Shown: piece by piece, positions 46,319 through 56,805 of the stretch
How the letters are laid out: every line of letters starts with the position of its first letter
Numbering within the stretch: position 1 is the stretch's first letter
Source: a virus
Length of the DNA: 64,000 nucleotides
Strand: one strand, 5' to 3'
Virus record (IMG/VR): IMGVR_UViG_3300049489_000444
Span: 23,108 to 87,107 of that record
The notes under the pieces: generated by a model
Told to the model about the DNA's origin: nothing
The model's database searches: none
What the model saw: only the letters and a program-made list of their open reading frames with translations
Translations under genes and position numbers: made by a program

Positions 46319-47020
46319 CTACTCCGCTCGCTTCCACACGTAACCGTGATGCGTGACATGGCGTCCGGCGAGGCAATTACTCACGCTTGATCTGATGAAA
46401 CCATCCTCAGCGACGCTTTTGATACTGTCGTATTTCTTCTCGGCTCCAGATATTGGATCGACTCTGATGATCGGTTTGACCCATCTAGCGAGTTTCTTTT
46501 TGATTGTTTCTGTGCTTTGCTTCACACCTCTATTGGCGAGTCCGATCTTCAATCGCGTTTCGGCACTCACGGTATGGCCCTTGAGAGAAGCGCTGCGTTT
46601 GGCTCGTGTTTCTGGTGAGTCGGTAGCTCCGAGACGGGTGAGTGCATGCCGGGATGCATTATACAACGGCCCGAGACGGCTGAAGAAATCGATGAACGTC
46701 TGCTCCACAGCAACAAGATATTGCTTGTTAACTACTGGCTCAACAACAGCAAAAGTGAATGTCAGTTCTCCGTGCTTGTTCCAAGCGTGTTGAAGATGAG
46801 CACAATGGTGAATGCCTCTGCGCAAAGCGCTACGGTGTATATCCCATCGTTTGATCGTGTCTACAGCACTGCCGATGTACCGCTTCCCGGACGGTGTATG
46901 GACAATCTCGTAGATTGACATCAGTTTCACTCTGGCCATAGCGCCCTCAAATAACCCAACAACCTTCGACCGACCAACCTCTTTTGGTTCATGTGCGAAA
47001 TCATCACTCGAATCAGTCAT
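46319..47020 (-). mobile_element. Free-standing GIY-YIG homing endonuclease with NUMOD3/NUMOD1-like DNA-binding repeats
   Basis: SIYEI...KRYIGSA..R...H...L, LQHAWNKHG, EQ, LYN; SPETRAKRS and SAETRLKIG repeats; YDSI...HHGYVWK. Confidence 0.88.
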
Positions 47021-47480
47021 TCCAAACGCGGTACACGGTCTTGCCGGATGCGTCCCTCGTGGCCGTCAGGACTTCTTTGCGGTTTTTCGTCCGGCTGAAA
47101 CTCACATGAACCCACCCACTATCGGGAACCTCTGGGTTATGGAATTCCAATATGAGTTGATCAAACTGCAGGTTGTCCTTGATCCAAACTAGTAGTTTTG
47201 AATTATGGACATTGCGCACTTCAATGTCGGCAGCTTCTCCTGTCTTGTGCTGTGAGTTCTTGGCTCCGCCGATCTTCTTGTTGAGTGCATCCCCACGGAA
47301 CCCGCTAACGATCTCTATCGAGCCGAACTCGGTACATATCGGCTCTAGCACGTTCCCACATAGTGCTTTGAGGTTCTCGATCTCTAGAGGCCCAGGGGTG
47401 TTGTCGATGCCTGCCCTGGTGGCCGTACTGCTTTTGATGAGATCGACAAGTCTGAACCGCGGGCTAAGTTGGACGACCAT
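47013..47480 (-). CDS. Peptidase M15A-family endolysin (Zn peptidase)
   Basis: SGFR...LN..IGG..NSQH..GEAADI, FDQLILE, WVHVSF. Confidence 0.88.
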   Translation of the reverse strand: MVVQLSPRFRLVDLIKSSTATRAGIDNTPGPLEIENLKALCGNVLEPICTEFGSIEIVSGFRGDALNKKIGGAKNSQHKTGEAADIEVRNVHNSKLLVWIKDNLQFDQLILEFHNPEVPDSGWVHVSFSRTKNRKEVLTATRDASGKTVYRVWND

Positions 47481-49946
47481 TCAGCGCTCCGTAGCGGCCA
47501 GTCGGTGCTTCCAGGCCCGTTCGGCCTCTGCCGTCCACCGAATACCGAACTCTTTGTGGTAGTCCAGATTGGCCTCGTAGTAGAAGCGATCAATACCGGA
47601 CAACGATACCTTCGAGGCCGTTACTGGCTGCACCGTCCAGCCGTGTTCCAGGGCGGCCTGACAGAATAGGGACATGTGGCGCTCGTCCTCTGTGGTCGCA
47701 AAGGCTGTGCCGTCCTTGCCGACGTGGAACTTGCACGGGACGTTCGTGAACTCCATGGCCGCCAGCGAAAGCTTCTGCACCAGATGTTTCGTGAATGCCT
47801 CACGCCATTCAGGACGCGCGACGCCTGCGCCCATCGGGTTCAACATCTTGGCCAAGCTGGTCACCCAGCGCTTTCCTGCATGCCCGCCCCAAGCATCCCA
47901 CAGCAACTCAGACGATGCCGTCGCTGTATGACGAGTCAGAAACAGGTGCATACGCTCAGCGGCTTCCAGTGAGATTGGCTTACCGGCCGCGAGAAGCTTG
48001 GCGTGCTGCAGGGTAATGCTCGGCAACAGATTGCCTTCTTTGGCGGAACGGTCCAGAGCACGTGCCGCGACTTTCTGCACGTCCTTAGGAGGGGTCATAT
48101 CGATGTCACGTGATGCCTTGACGTTTGAGCGCTTTGAGGCCTCCGTCATCAGCATGGCGGTGTCGAACCAATTCTTCGGAAGCTCATAACCTTCGAACTT
48201 CTTCATCGACTTCATCGCGCGCAGCTTGGTCGCATCACGTAGGCTCGCCGCCATGAACGACATGGCGAGCTTGGCTGCAGCTTCTACGTTATTGCCAAGG
48301 ATGTCCATGCAATAACTCAGCATGGTCGGGCTATTAGACCAACTCGAGTCCGAGTAGTATTTTTGCCGTGGACCGTATCCTATGTCGCCATGCTCATATT
48401 CAAACTGTGTGAGGTATTCGTCGATCTCCTCAAGGTATTTCCTGCTTGGGACGCAAACCAATCCGAGGCCTTCGTCTTGTTCGATTTCGCACTTCTCGAA
48501 CAGTCCGCTTTTTTCCGCAGCGAGCTTCAGCTTCTGAGTAGTTGAGACCTCTTCCTCTTTGTGTTGTGGCACGAAAAGTACCACGTTATCGCTCAGTAAC
48601 AGAAGCTCGATATAGACGCCGTCTTTGTTTCCTGCATCAGGGCTAAAACCGTTCTTGGTAATAAACTTTTCGACAGCTTCCTTGTATTCTTTTTCTATTT
48701 CATCAAATTGAACGGAATTGTCGTCACCTCTGTTGTATTTCCATGAATATGACACACTTGTAGTGCCATCAGGCTTTTTTTGCTGTTCGTGGTTAGGCTG
48801 CTCGGCAGATTCCTGGCTGTCGTTTGCATCCTCACTGCTGAGCTTGTCCTTAAGGGTCTTATCCCACTTTCGCCGCGCACGCTCAAAGAAGACGGACTTC
48901 TGTTCGCTGTCCATCTCGTCAACGCTGTTCACGTCAAACGAATCCAACAACTTAGTGAAGAATGTGTTCCAGATGTGCTGAATCTTTTTAGCTTCAGGGT
49001 TACCGGCGGTGTGCTCTACGGCAATACGGGTAATGTCATTCGGGACCTGACGGATCTCGCCATCCCGCAGCACGATATAGACATCGTCTGCGGAATCTAG
49101 GACGAACACACGGTCACGTCCGTTCTCCAACGCCATATCTCCAGACTTCAAACGCTGTGCGGGTTCCTCTGCGGGTTCCTCTGCGGGTTCCTCTGCGGGT
49201 TCCTCTGCGGGTTCCTCGGCAGGCTCCTCGGCGGGCTCCTCGGCGGGTTCCTCGGGTTGGCCGGCAGGCTGCTCTGGCGGAGGTGCCGCGACCTTATCGT
49301 TTTCGGCCGCCCGTACAATCTCCTGAGCCAAAGTCAGTGCGTCAACGTCAATAGACGAACCGTCTTTCCTGACCAATGTGATTGTGCCCTGGTCAGAGTC
49401 AATAGAGGCAACCTGAAGGGTTTCACCGCCGATCCGGTGAGTCCTGTAGAGATCGAATGAGGCCGCGATCCGACGACTACGAGCAGTGCGGTCCACGGCG
49501 GCCTGCGCCATTCGGTCCCCGATTCGGTTAAGCTGGTTCAGGGTTCGCGCGTCGATCTTGCCCGACAGGGTATGCATGACCGTGTCGATCTTCTTGGTCA
49601 TCTCACCAAGGGTCAGCTTGGGTAGCCCAAGCTCGTCCTCGGCCGATCCCACATCAGACTCAGTGCCGTGGTCTGAGGAATCATCCATCAGAACCGCATA
49701 CGGATTCTTTCCCTTCACGGACTTCTGGGTTGAACCGTCCGGGAAGACCAAACAGTAATGAACGCGGGCGCTCGGCACCTGAGGCCATTCGCCTTTCCTT
49801 TCGGAATCCCATTCCCAAACCGAAACAGCACGCTGCAGCTTCCGGGCTGCCTCAAGGGCCTTTTCGATGGCCTGCTCGGCCGTCGGCCAAGCGTTTTTGT
49901 CTGCCCTACGGCCCTCACCAGCGTCAACGGCGTACGAGATCGTCAT
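47481..49946 (-). CDS. Multidomain protein, probably head-associated/internal
   Basis: 821 aa with EEPA repeats; PP..V...A.RAL...RM..F..RH...W.AWGG.AG..W domain often seen in phage head genes; FF.KLL..F.V.S..E......K..FF motif. Confidence 0.5.
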   Translation of the reverse strand: MTISYAVDAGEGRRADKNAWPTAEQAIEKALEAARKLQRAVSVWEWDSERKGEWPQVPSARVHYCLVFPDGSTQKSVKGKNPYAVLMDDSSDHGTESDVGSAEDELGLPKLTLGEMTKKIDTVMHTLSGKIDARTLNQLNRIGDRMAQAAVDRTARSRRIAASFDLYRTHRIGGETLQVASIDSDQGTITLVRKDGSSIDVDALTLAQEIVRAAENDKVAAPPPEQPAGQPEEPAEEPAEEPAEEPAEEPAEEPAEEPAEEPAQRLKSGDMALENGRDRVFVLDSADDVYIVLRDGEIRQVPNDITRIAVEHTAGNPEAKKIQHIWNTFFTKLLDSFDVNSVDEMDSEQKSVFFERARRKWDKTLKDKLSSEDANDSQESAEQPNHEQQKKPDGTTSVSYSWKYNRGDDNSVQFDEIEKEYKEAVEKFITKNGFSPDAGNKDGVYIELLLLSDNVVLFVPQHKEEEVSTTQKLKLAAEKSGLFEKCEIEQDEGLGLVCVPSRKYLEEIDEYLTQFEYEHGDIGYGPRQKYYSDSSWSNSPTMLSYCMDILGNNVEAAAKLAMSFMAASLRDATKLRAMKSMKKFEGYELPKNWFDTAMLMTEASKRSNVKASRDIDMTPPKDVQKVAARALDRSAKEGNLLPSITLQHAKLLAAGKPISLEAAERMHLFLTRHTATASSELLWDAWGGHAGKRWVTSLAKMLNPMGAGVARPEWREAFTKHLVQKLSLAAMEFTNVPCKFHVGKDGTAFATTEDERHMSLFCQAALEHGWTVQPVTASKVSLSGIDRFYYEANLDYHKEFGIRWTAEAERAWKHRLAATER
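49159..49254 (-). repeat. 12-bp coding tandem repeat (EEPA x8)
   Basis: GCGGGTTCCTCT in 4 identical copies plus 4 synonymous variants (+ strand). Confidence 0.95.
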
Positions 49947-49987
49947 GGTTACCTCTGTGCTCCCAGATAATCATAATCAAATCATAG

Positions 49988-52900
49988 TTATGAAACGGAA
50001 CCTACCGCCGTGATGCTCGCGGTACCGGAATGGGTGGCGGAGGCGTTGTGGATCTCAGTGAGATCAGAACCCGTGATTTCCGCCACACCCTGCATGGTGG
50101 CCTGACCAACATAGCTCACCACAGGCTGACCGCTAACCCAACCATAGGCCGAGACGACTGAGGTTCCGAGCCAATTACTCGGACCAGTCACCGGGACGCC
50201 AACGGAATGCGCCGCTGCGACCGACCCACCATATCCGCGGATGCAGCCAAGGAATTGTGTGGCGTTCCGGCTCGCATACCAGATGTACTCGCCTTCCACG
50301 TAGATTGAACCGCTGTCCGCAAAACCATTAGTGGATGTCACGGTGATGGTCAGTGCGCCAGCATCAACATTGAACAGTGCGATCAACGTCTGGCCGTTTG
50401 GTTGCTCGAACGGAGTACCTCCGGTGGATGTCCCATACAGGAACGAGGTGCCCTCCATGGTCGTACCGGACGGAGGTACAAGGGTGGTGGCGTTCCTGAC
50501 GAGATTACCAGTCGCCTGTATGGTTGCTGTTCCGAGCATACCATTGAATGTGTCGTGGAGTGAGTTGAACGGAGGAGGGCCGGCAAATGTAGCTGGCGGA
50601 TACACCGTGTAGTTGGTTTGGTTCGCCGGGGTTACGACCGGCCCGAAGGATGCGTCTATGACGGCATCTGCCGTGATGGTCGCGACACCTTGCGCGAACA
50701 TGAGACCATTGAGATTCGGCGTCGCAATGCTGGTGATAACGATCTCAGTGACCGGGGCGCCATAAGTCAGGATGGTTGGAGTCCCGCTGATGTGAGACGC
50801 CGCGATTGTTCCGTTAACGGCCCGTACAACGCCAGTGAAAGAGCTTGGAGTCGAGCCGGAATAGCTGATCTGTTCGGCATTGAGGTGCAGGGTGCCGACG
50901 ACCGGGAACAAAGGAACGATAACGGCCGCCCCAATGAGGTGCGATGCCGCTGTTGTCCCGTCATGACCGCGTACACATCCAAGAAATTGCGTGGCATTCG
51001 TACCGGTATAGAGGATGCGCTCGCTATCGATATGGATCGTCCCGGTTGCCGCAAAACCTGCCGTGGAAATCACATTGATTGTTGTGTCGCCAGATGCGAC
51101 AGCACTCGTGGCCACTGACGTAGAGACGCCGGTACCCGTGCTTACCACTGGTAATGTCGTGACCAGTGCCGTGACTGGACCTGATAGGTCTGTGAAGATC
51201 CCGCCAGCATGTGAGGCTGCGGTCGATCCGTTCGTTCCGCGGACAACACCAGTAAGGGTTGTCGGGGTCGACCCGCTGTAGGTGATGATTTCGGAATCAA
51301 TAATGGCCGTACCACTAACTGACAATGTCCTGTACACCTCTGTGTTGATGAGGTGCCCAACATCGGACGTCCCGTTATGACCACGCGAGGCCCCAGTGAA
51401 GCTTGTCGCGGTCTTACCCGAATAGGCAATCTGTTCTGAATCAATCATCAGAATGCCACTCGTCGGGAACGCCGCGGTCGACACGACCGGGATCGTCGTG
51501 ACACCAGCAAGGAGTGCGCTGGTTAGCGTGGTCGGAATACCTGTCGTGAGGGTGTTGACCGGTATCGTCGTTACTGAGTTGTTGATGCCGCCAACCTGAT
51601 GGACATGTGTCTGTGCGCCAACACCTTGGTAGAAAGCATCCATCGTCGGAGCCGAACCGTCCAACGTCACTATCACGTCTGTCGGGACCTGCAGCGACAG
51701 GTCACTACTGGCGAGGGCAACCGCTTTGGTAGCGTAGCCATCAAACACACAGCGCGGTGGCGTTACATCCCACAGTTTCCAGTCTAGGAGGTTCTCTGTG
51801 CGTGCGAATATGTAGTCCGCCATACCGGTCCCGGTCGGGCGACCAACACGCACTTGCGTTGAAGTAACGATCTCGGTAATGATGACCGATATTTCTCCGC
51901 TCAGTGAGTTTGAGATGGTGATATTTCTTCCAACGTCGGCAGCGGTGAAGCTGTAGTTGACCGTGTAGAATACGTCAGCATCTACGGTCGTGCTGCCGTC
52001 GGAGAAGAACTCCGCGATTGGGGTGGCCGGAGCCGGACCCTGTGAGTCCAATAGGCGCACGTCTCTGAGGAGGTCCCATACAAGCGGACTCTCAGTCACA
52101 TCAGACGTCCAATCCAATCTGACCGTCGTCGGCGTCAGGACAGCCAGAATCCTATACGTGTTCTGACGTGAACCAGATTTAATGCGGACCCATTTCCCGA
52201 CGTGCAATGTCGAATCAAAAGCACGATACACGGATGTGCTGATGAGGTGGGAGTCGTCGTCGGTCCCGTTATAGGCACGCGTGCACCCAGTAAATGATGT
52301 CGCTGTGGTTCCCGTGTAGCGAATTTGCTCTGAGTCGATAAGAATGACGCCCGACGGGGCGAATCCGACTGTCGACGTAACTGGTATTGTCATGTCCACG
52401 TTGTTGATGGCAGCCGACAATGATGTACTTGTGGTGTCCGCGAAAACATTACTGCCGACCTGTATTGAGCCGAGGGATTGCGCGCTGATCGTGACGCCGC
52501 TATCCCAGCGGTCAGCCCAGCACAGACCTACCCACCCATCATCTCCGGGATCCAGCATGTCATAGTCGAGAGGTATCCCGCTATCCCAGCCGATGGTAGA
52601 ATCGAAATTCGAGCGGCCTGACCCGAGCGGATTGAATCCGGTAAAGCACGAATCAAACGGATATGTCGCGGCACAGATCGGGATGGTGAAATCACCAAAG
52701 AAGATGATTCGGACCTGTATGTTATCAAGACAGTTTATAGCACTCGATAACGAACTGCATGTCGGATCTGCCAGATCAAACACGTGACGTCTGATGACGC
52801 CGCTTTGGTCCTCGCACAGGATCTCCTCTTCAGAGATCCGCACAGGACGTAGACGCTCCGGTGAGTTAGCGATGTGCCTGATGAACGATCCCCACCGGTT

Positions 52901-55399
52901 CAGGCAATCATTATGGAACCACGTATGGAGGTCAAAACCCCCGAATGCTTCCTGCGTGGTGTTGATTCTTTCGATTGCCGGATGAAAGACGGTGTGAGGG
53001 TTCCGAAGTTCGACAACATACGGGGTCTGCAGCGAAATGGCGGTTGTCATATCGCGGACTGCGCGCGAAGAACCCGCATCGGCCATATGAGCCCGGATAG
53101 CTAGCTTTGTAGCGAGAGTCTGTTGGGAACGCACGGATGGAGTTGGTAGAATCTCCGGGAACGAAAGATACGGTTCCGCCAGACGACTAGAGATCGGGCT
53201 GAATATCGCCCTATTGATCTCATCAAGCTCGACCTGGGAGTATGAGTAGATCTCGTTGGCGACCGAACAGAGCACGGTTGCGTACGTGGTTGCACTGACG
53301 ATGATGAAGTCGTGGTGTGTACCATCCGTGATGTAGATTAGGTTACGACCACGACCCATGGTCAACATGACCGTCTCGGTCAGGAACTGTGGTACCAGAC
53401 TTTGGTGAATCGTCTCCGGCTTACCTGTCGGCCCTTCACGGGTTATCGCGATGCTGACCGGAAGCCCACGCTCCAGAACTTTGATCGTGAACGGCATCGG
53501 TTCAAACTGGTACGGGATAACGAATCCGGCCCGCAAATAGAATGTCCCTGCCGGGATATCGCCGAGCAGACGGTCGCATGTTTCTTTATGGACGGGATAC
53601 AGGGGACGAATAGTGAGTGACGTCCCCGGTATGGTCTCGGAGCGTGCCGAGACTCCAATGACGTTGGACTCCTCCGAGATGTTATCGACGTCATCTATCG
53701 CCTCAATAGAGATCTTGAACGACGTCAGCAGGCTGTTGAACGCTATCTTGAACGTCCCGGTTCCGTCACCGTTGTTCACGAACGAACCGCTAACGATCTC
53801 AACACCTGACGACTGAGGGCCTAGCTGGATCGCCACAACGTCAGCATTGAGGTCGTGTATTTCGTACGTTGTTTGCCCGGCCTGATAATCAATAACCGTT
53901 GGGCCGCTGATTCCGGGAGTTGATACGATAGTATCTTTGTAAATCTCAACGACCTCTACGGGACCATAACCAGCGAAGTCAATTGTGTTATAGGGTGCTT
54001 CGGCGAACTTGTTGGACGATGATGCCCTCAATCCAAGGTTCTTGATGGTCAACCGGTACGGCTTCTGGCTGGCCATAGCGCTGGCGAATACGAGGTCAAC
54101 GTATGACGGACCCCCGCCAGGAACGGTAACGGAAGTCACGACAGGGGCCGGCACCCCAATATCGAGCGACGTCACCGCGTATGTCTCAGGGTCGGCGACT
54201 GGTGTGTTGGTTCCAGCCGCGTAATCCTCTAGGTTCTCGCTGAACAGGATACGGAGACCCAAACCGAACGGGTTCGCGATCTGTGGGTTGACTGTCGTTA
54301 TACGCGGTCGTGTTGACGTCGAGAATGTATAACTGCTTACAGGCTGTGTGACAGACAATTGGTTGGTCGTCACAAACTGCCCGAGCGTATCGCGGGCCAG
54401 GATGGTCACGGTAATGGACGCGCCAGATGCCGGATAACCTGAGAGGTCGGCGTCGCGGTATGCGGCGACCGGCGTACTCAGCTTCTGGTACGCGGCGATT
54501 GTGGCGCTGTCGTTGGTCGACACTGAACTGACTACTATGACGTCGTCGTCGGTGTGTTTCCCGTACAGCGATATCTTGGTGTTCTGGTGTAGCTCCGATA
54601 GAAACTTAGCCCCTGAACCGACAAGTGTTGTCCCGGTCGGAATAGCATCGTTAGGTTGCGGGATCGTCACAGTACCGGAGATGAGTTTCGTCGGCCACAC
54701 GTCAAGTTCGAAGCCCGCGTCTGGCCCACTGCTGTATGGTTTGATTGTACCACTGAATCCGTCAGCGAACGACTGAAGTTTCCAATCGCATAATGTCGAG
54801 TTGCTGTGGAAGATGGGACGTACAGTCACACCAAGCGGAAACTCTGGGTCTGTGTAGCCAACTGCTGAAGGAGCAGTAAGATTCAGTGTATAGTCATCAA
54901 TGACACTGGCTACCTTGATCGGATTTGTATAGTCATCGTTAAGGACAATCCAGTCGCCAACAGCGACTTCGCTGAGGAACGCAGTAGAGGCGAGGTAGGC
55001 CGACACAGTCGAACTACCGACAGAGAGTTTAGCCGTGCCCGTTAGCTTTTCGCGGTCTACGGTGACCTCTGTCGGGGACACCACACCAGTGACCCACATT
55101 TTTCCTATGTCACGCGTGTTGGTAGCGCTCTTGATGAAGAGCGACTTCCCGATATCAGAGGCAGAGAATGTACGGCCGAACAGCGATTTGAATACGTGAG
55201 TACCGGGTTGTACACTACCATCTCCTGGGTACGACTCCACCCTAATGGCGTCCAGTCCTCCGACAGCCATCGTGATGGTTGACTCGTCGATTAGCGCTTC
55301 GCTCGTGAGTTGCGTAAGGCGAACCTGTACCGACGAAGACGTCAGTACGTTGTTGGTGCCGTCGGTCGGCGCTACTGGGGTGATTAACGGTAGTGTCAT
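49988..55399 (-). CDS. Large baseplate wedge-type protein with Ig-like and nested repeat domains
   Basis: 1803 aa, ATGA-coupled to the baseplate J-like gene; six copies of a G.I.IDSE.I.Y.G.T...F.G..RG..GT...H domain. Confidence 0.7.
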   Translation of the reverse strand: MTLPLITPVAPTDGTNNVLTSSSVQVRLTQLTSEALIDESTITMAVGGLDAIRVESYPGDGSVQPGTHVFKSLFGRTFSASDIGKSLFIKSATNTRDIGKMWVTGVVSPTEVTVDREKLTGTAKLSVGSSTVSAYLASTAFLSEVAVGDWIVLNDDYTNPIKVASVIDDYTLNLTAPSAVGYTDPEFPLGVTVRPIFHSNSTLCDWKLQSFADGFSGTIKPYSSGPDAGFELDVWPTKLISGTVTIPQPNDAIPTGTTLVGSGAKFLSELHQNTKISLYGKHTDDDVIVVSSVSTNDSATIAAYQKLSTPVAAYRDADLSGYPASGASITVTILARDTLGQFVTTNQLSVTQPVSSYTFSTSTRPRITTVNPQIANPFGLGLRILFSENLEDYAAGTNTPVADPETYAVTSLDIGVPAPVVTSVTVPGGGPSYVDLVFASAMASQKPYRLTIKNLGLRASSSNKFAEAPYNTIDFAGYGPVEVVEIYKDTIVSTPGISGPTVIDYQAGQTTYEIHDLNADVVAIQLGPQSSGVEIVSGSFVNNGDGTGTFKIAFNSLLTSFKISIEAIDDVDNISEESNVIGVSARSETIPGTSLTIRPLYPVHKETCDRLLGDIPAGTFYLRAGFVIPYQFEPMPFTIKVLERGLPVSIAITREGPTGKPETIHQSLVPQFLTETVMLTMGRGRNLIYITDGTHHDFIIVSATTYATVLCSVANEIYSYSQVELDEINRAIFSPISSRLAEPYLSFPEILPTPSVRSQQTLATKLAIRAHMADAGSSRAVRDMTTAISLQTPYVVELRNPHTVFHPAIERINTTQEAFGGFDLHTWFHNDCLNRWGSFIRHIANSPERLRPVRISEEEILCEDQSGVIRRHVFDLADPTCSSLSSAINCLDNIQVRIIFFGDFTIPICAATYPFDSCFTGFNPLGSGRSNFDSTIGWDSGIPLDYDMLDPGDDGWVGLCWADRWDSGVTISAQSLGSIQVGSNVFADTTSTSLSAAINNVDMTIPVTSTVGFAPSGVILIDSEQIRYTGTTATSFTGCTRAYNGTDDDSHLISTSVYRAFDSTLHVGKWVRIKSGSRQNTYRILAVLTPTTVRLDWTSDVTESPLVWDLLRDVRLLDSQGPAPATPIAEFFSDGSTTVDADVFYTVNYSFTAADVGRNITISNSLSGEISVIITEIVTSTQVRVGRPTGTGMADYIFARTENLLDWKLWDVTPPRCVFDGYATKAVALASSDLSLQVPTDVIVTLDGSAPTMDAFYQGVGAQTHVHQVGGINNSVTTIPVNTLTTGIPTTLTSALLAGVTTIPVVSTAAFPTSGILMIDSEQIAYSGKTATSFTGASRGHNGTSDVGHLINTEVYRTLSVSGTAIIDSEIITYSGSTPTTLTGVVRGTNGSTAASHAGGIFTDLSGPVTALVTTLPVVSTGTGVSTSVATSAVASGDTTINVISTAGFAATGTIHIDSERILYTGTNATQFLGCVRGHDGTTAASHLIGAAVIVPLFPVVGTLHLNAEQISYSGSTPSSFTGVVRAVNGTIAASHISGTPTILTYGAPVTEIVITSIATPNLNGLMFAQGVATITADAVIDASFGPVVTPANQTNYTVYPPATFAGPPPFNSLHDTFNGMLGTATIQATGNLVRNATTLVPPSGTTMEGTSFLYGTSTGGTPFEQPNGQTLIALFNVDAGALTITVTSTNGFADSGSIYVEGEYIWYASRNATQFLGCIRGYGGSVAAAHSVGVPVTGPSNWLGTSVVSAYGWVSGQPVVSYVGQATMQGVAEITGSDLTEIHNASATHSGTASITAVGSVS

Positions 55400-56796
55400 T
55401 GGTGCGTCGAGATCAGCAGGTTATTTTGGTCGACCGCTGAGATTTGGCTCTTATTCAGTGAGACAACCTCAACGGGAAGCGTCCCTCCACTTGTCGTGGT
55501 GAATCTCTGGATTTTCACGCTACTCACGCCAGACACATCCGAAAGAATCTTCTGCTGGAGGGTCTCGGGAAGTAAGCTTCCGATGAAGCGATCTGTCTCG
55601 ACGTAATCGAAGATGATCGTGCGCACCGCATCCGTTGTACGGTTGACATCGAAACTAGGCAGGACGGTGACATCAACGTGTACGATGACCTGAACCAGTT
55701 CAGGACGACGCAACAGGATATCCGTACCGAACTCACGACCGTCGTCATCGAAGACGTTAGTCTGTAGACCGTTAATCAGACTGTCGTATGCGTAATTGAT
55801 CTCGACAATCTGACCTGACGTCAGTGGGGTCGAGAACACAATCAAGTCAGACGCCCTGGCTGTTCCCGAGGTTGAAGGGTTGGTGTCTGAATTCAACGCG
55901 TATGCCGTATACGGCGACCCATCAACCAGCACACTGCTGATACTCAGCACTGGAGCGGTATCGAGAACAACCACAGATTCCGTTCCGGTAGCCACAAAGC
56001 GTTGCTGTGTTGTGTCTTGCGTTTCACCAAGGATATAGGCGTCGATGGCTGGTCGTCCAGTATCACGACGAAAGATGGCACGGTCTTTCGGGTACACCAG
56101 AGAGATGTCCAGAACATCCTCCGGGGCGTACTCCACAATACGGGTCGCGATACCTGAACCGGTCTCTGGATTCAGACCAACAAACTTTCGGCGAATGCGA
56201 GCCAGATAATCAGCGAAACTCTGCCGGTCTGTCCCGAGCACGTTGGCCGTTTCACGGTTCTCGGTCCCATCAATCCCGCTGATGCGCGTCAAGAATCTCT
56301 TGATGCGAAACGCCGGAAGGTTTCCTGCGGTCCCGATAGAGGTGCACTCAACATTCGCGGTGATTTCGTACCGTTTGCGAGAAGCGTTGAGGTATGCGTC
56401 CGCGTTACTGGCCAACATGACCACACGCTCAGTAACGACATACACGCGAGACGCATCAGACGTTCCGACAAGAGTTCCGCGTTCGATTGGGATGTCACGC
56501 GTCGGACGAGAACTTGTGTAGAATGTCTGACGGTACCTTGCTGGTTTTCCACTGACCGGCGGAAGTCCGAATGCTGTGCCGATGGCGTTGATCTCAGTTT
56601 CTGTTACTACTTTATCCAACTGCAGGCTGGCCAGCACACGGAGGTCTTCAACGGTCTGCTCTGTCGCGGCCAACTCTGGCGCAACAGGAAACAACAGTAG
56701 GTCGGCGATCGGGCCTTTGGCGAGGTCCGCTGTCGGATCGGCCGTGGCGACCGTCAGACTAAGAGCACGTTTGATTTCTTCTGCAGAGCGTGCCAT
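55396..56796 (-). CDS. Baseplate J-like wedge protein
   Basis: IPIERGT.V.T, VECTSIGTAGNL...I, G.D..S.ADY..RI, ISLVYP; follows the gp25/W-like gene. Confidence 0.82.
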   Translation of the reverse strand: MARSAEEIKRALSLTVATADPTADLAKGPIADLLLFPVAPELAATEQTVEDLRVLASLQLDKVVTETEINAIGTAFGLPPVSGKPARYRQTFYTSSRPTRDIPIERGTLVGTSDASRVYVVTERVVMLASNADAYLNASRKRYEITANVECTSIGTAGNLPAFRIKRFLTRISGIDGTENRETANVLGTDRQSFADYLARIRRKFVGLNPETGSGIATRIVEYAPEDVLDISLVYPKDRAIFRRDTGRPAIDAYILGETQDTTQQRFVATGTESVVVLDTAPVLSISSVLVDGSPYTAYALNSDTNPSTSGTARASDLIVFSTPLTSGQIVEINYAYDSLINGLQTNVFDDDGREFGTDILLRRPELVQVIVHVDVTVLPSFDVNRTTDAVRTIIFDYVETDRFIGSLLPETLQQKILSDVSGVSSVKIQRFTTTSGGTLPVEVVSLNKSQISAVDQNNLLISTHQ

Positions 56797-56805
56797 GTCG
56801 GTACC

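Noticed and set aside
46319-47020. Group I intron around the GIY-YIG ORF
   Set aside because: Both flanking genes look complete and there is no non-coding space for a ribozyme core.
49159-49254. 12-bp repeats as a possible CRISPR array or iteron set
   Set aside because: No spacers, and variation is only at synonymous positions of EEPA codons.
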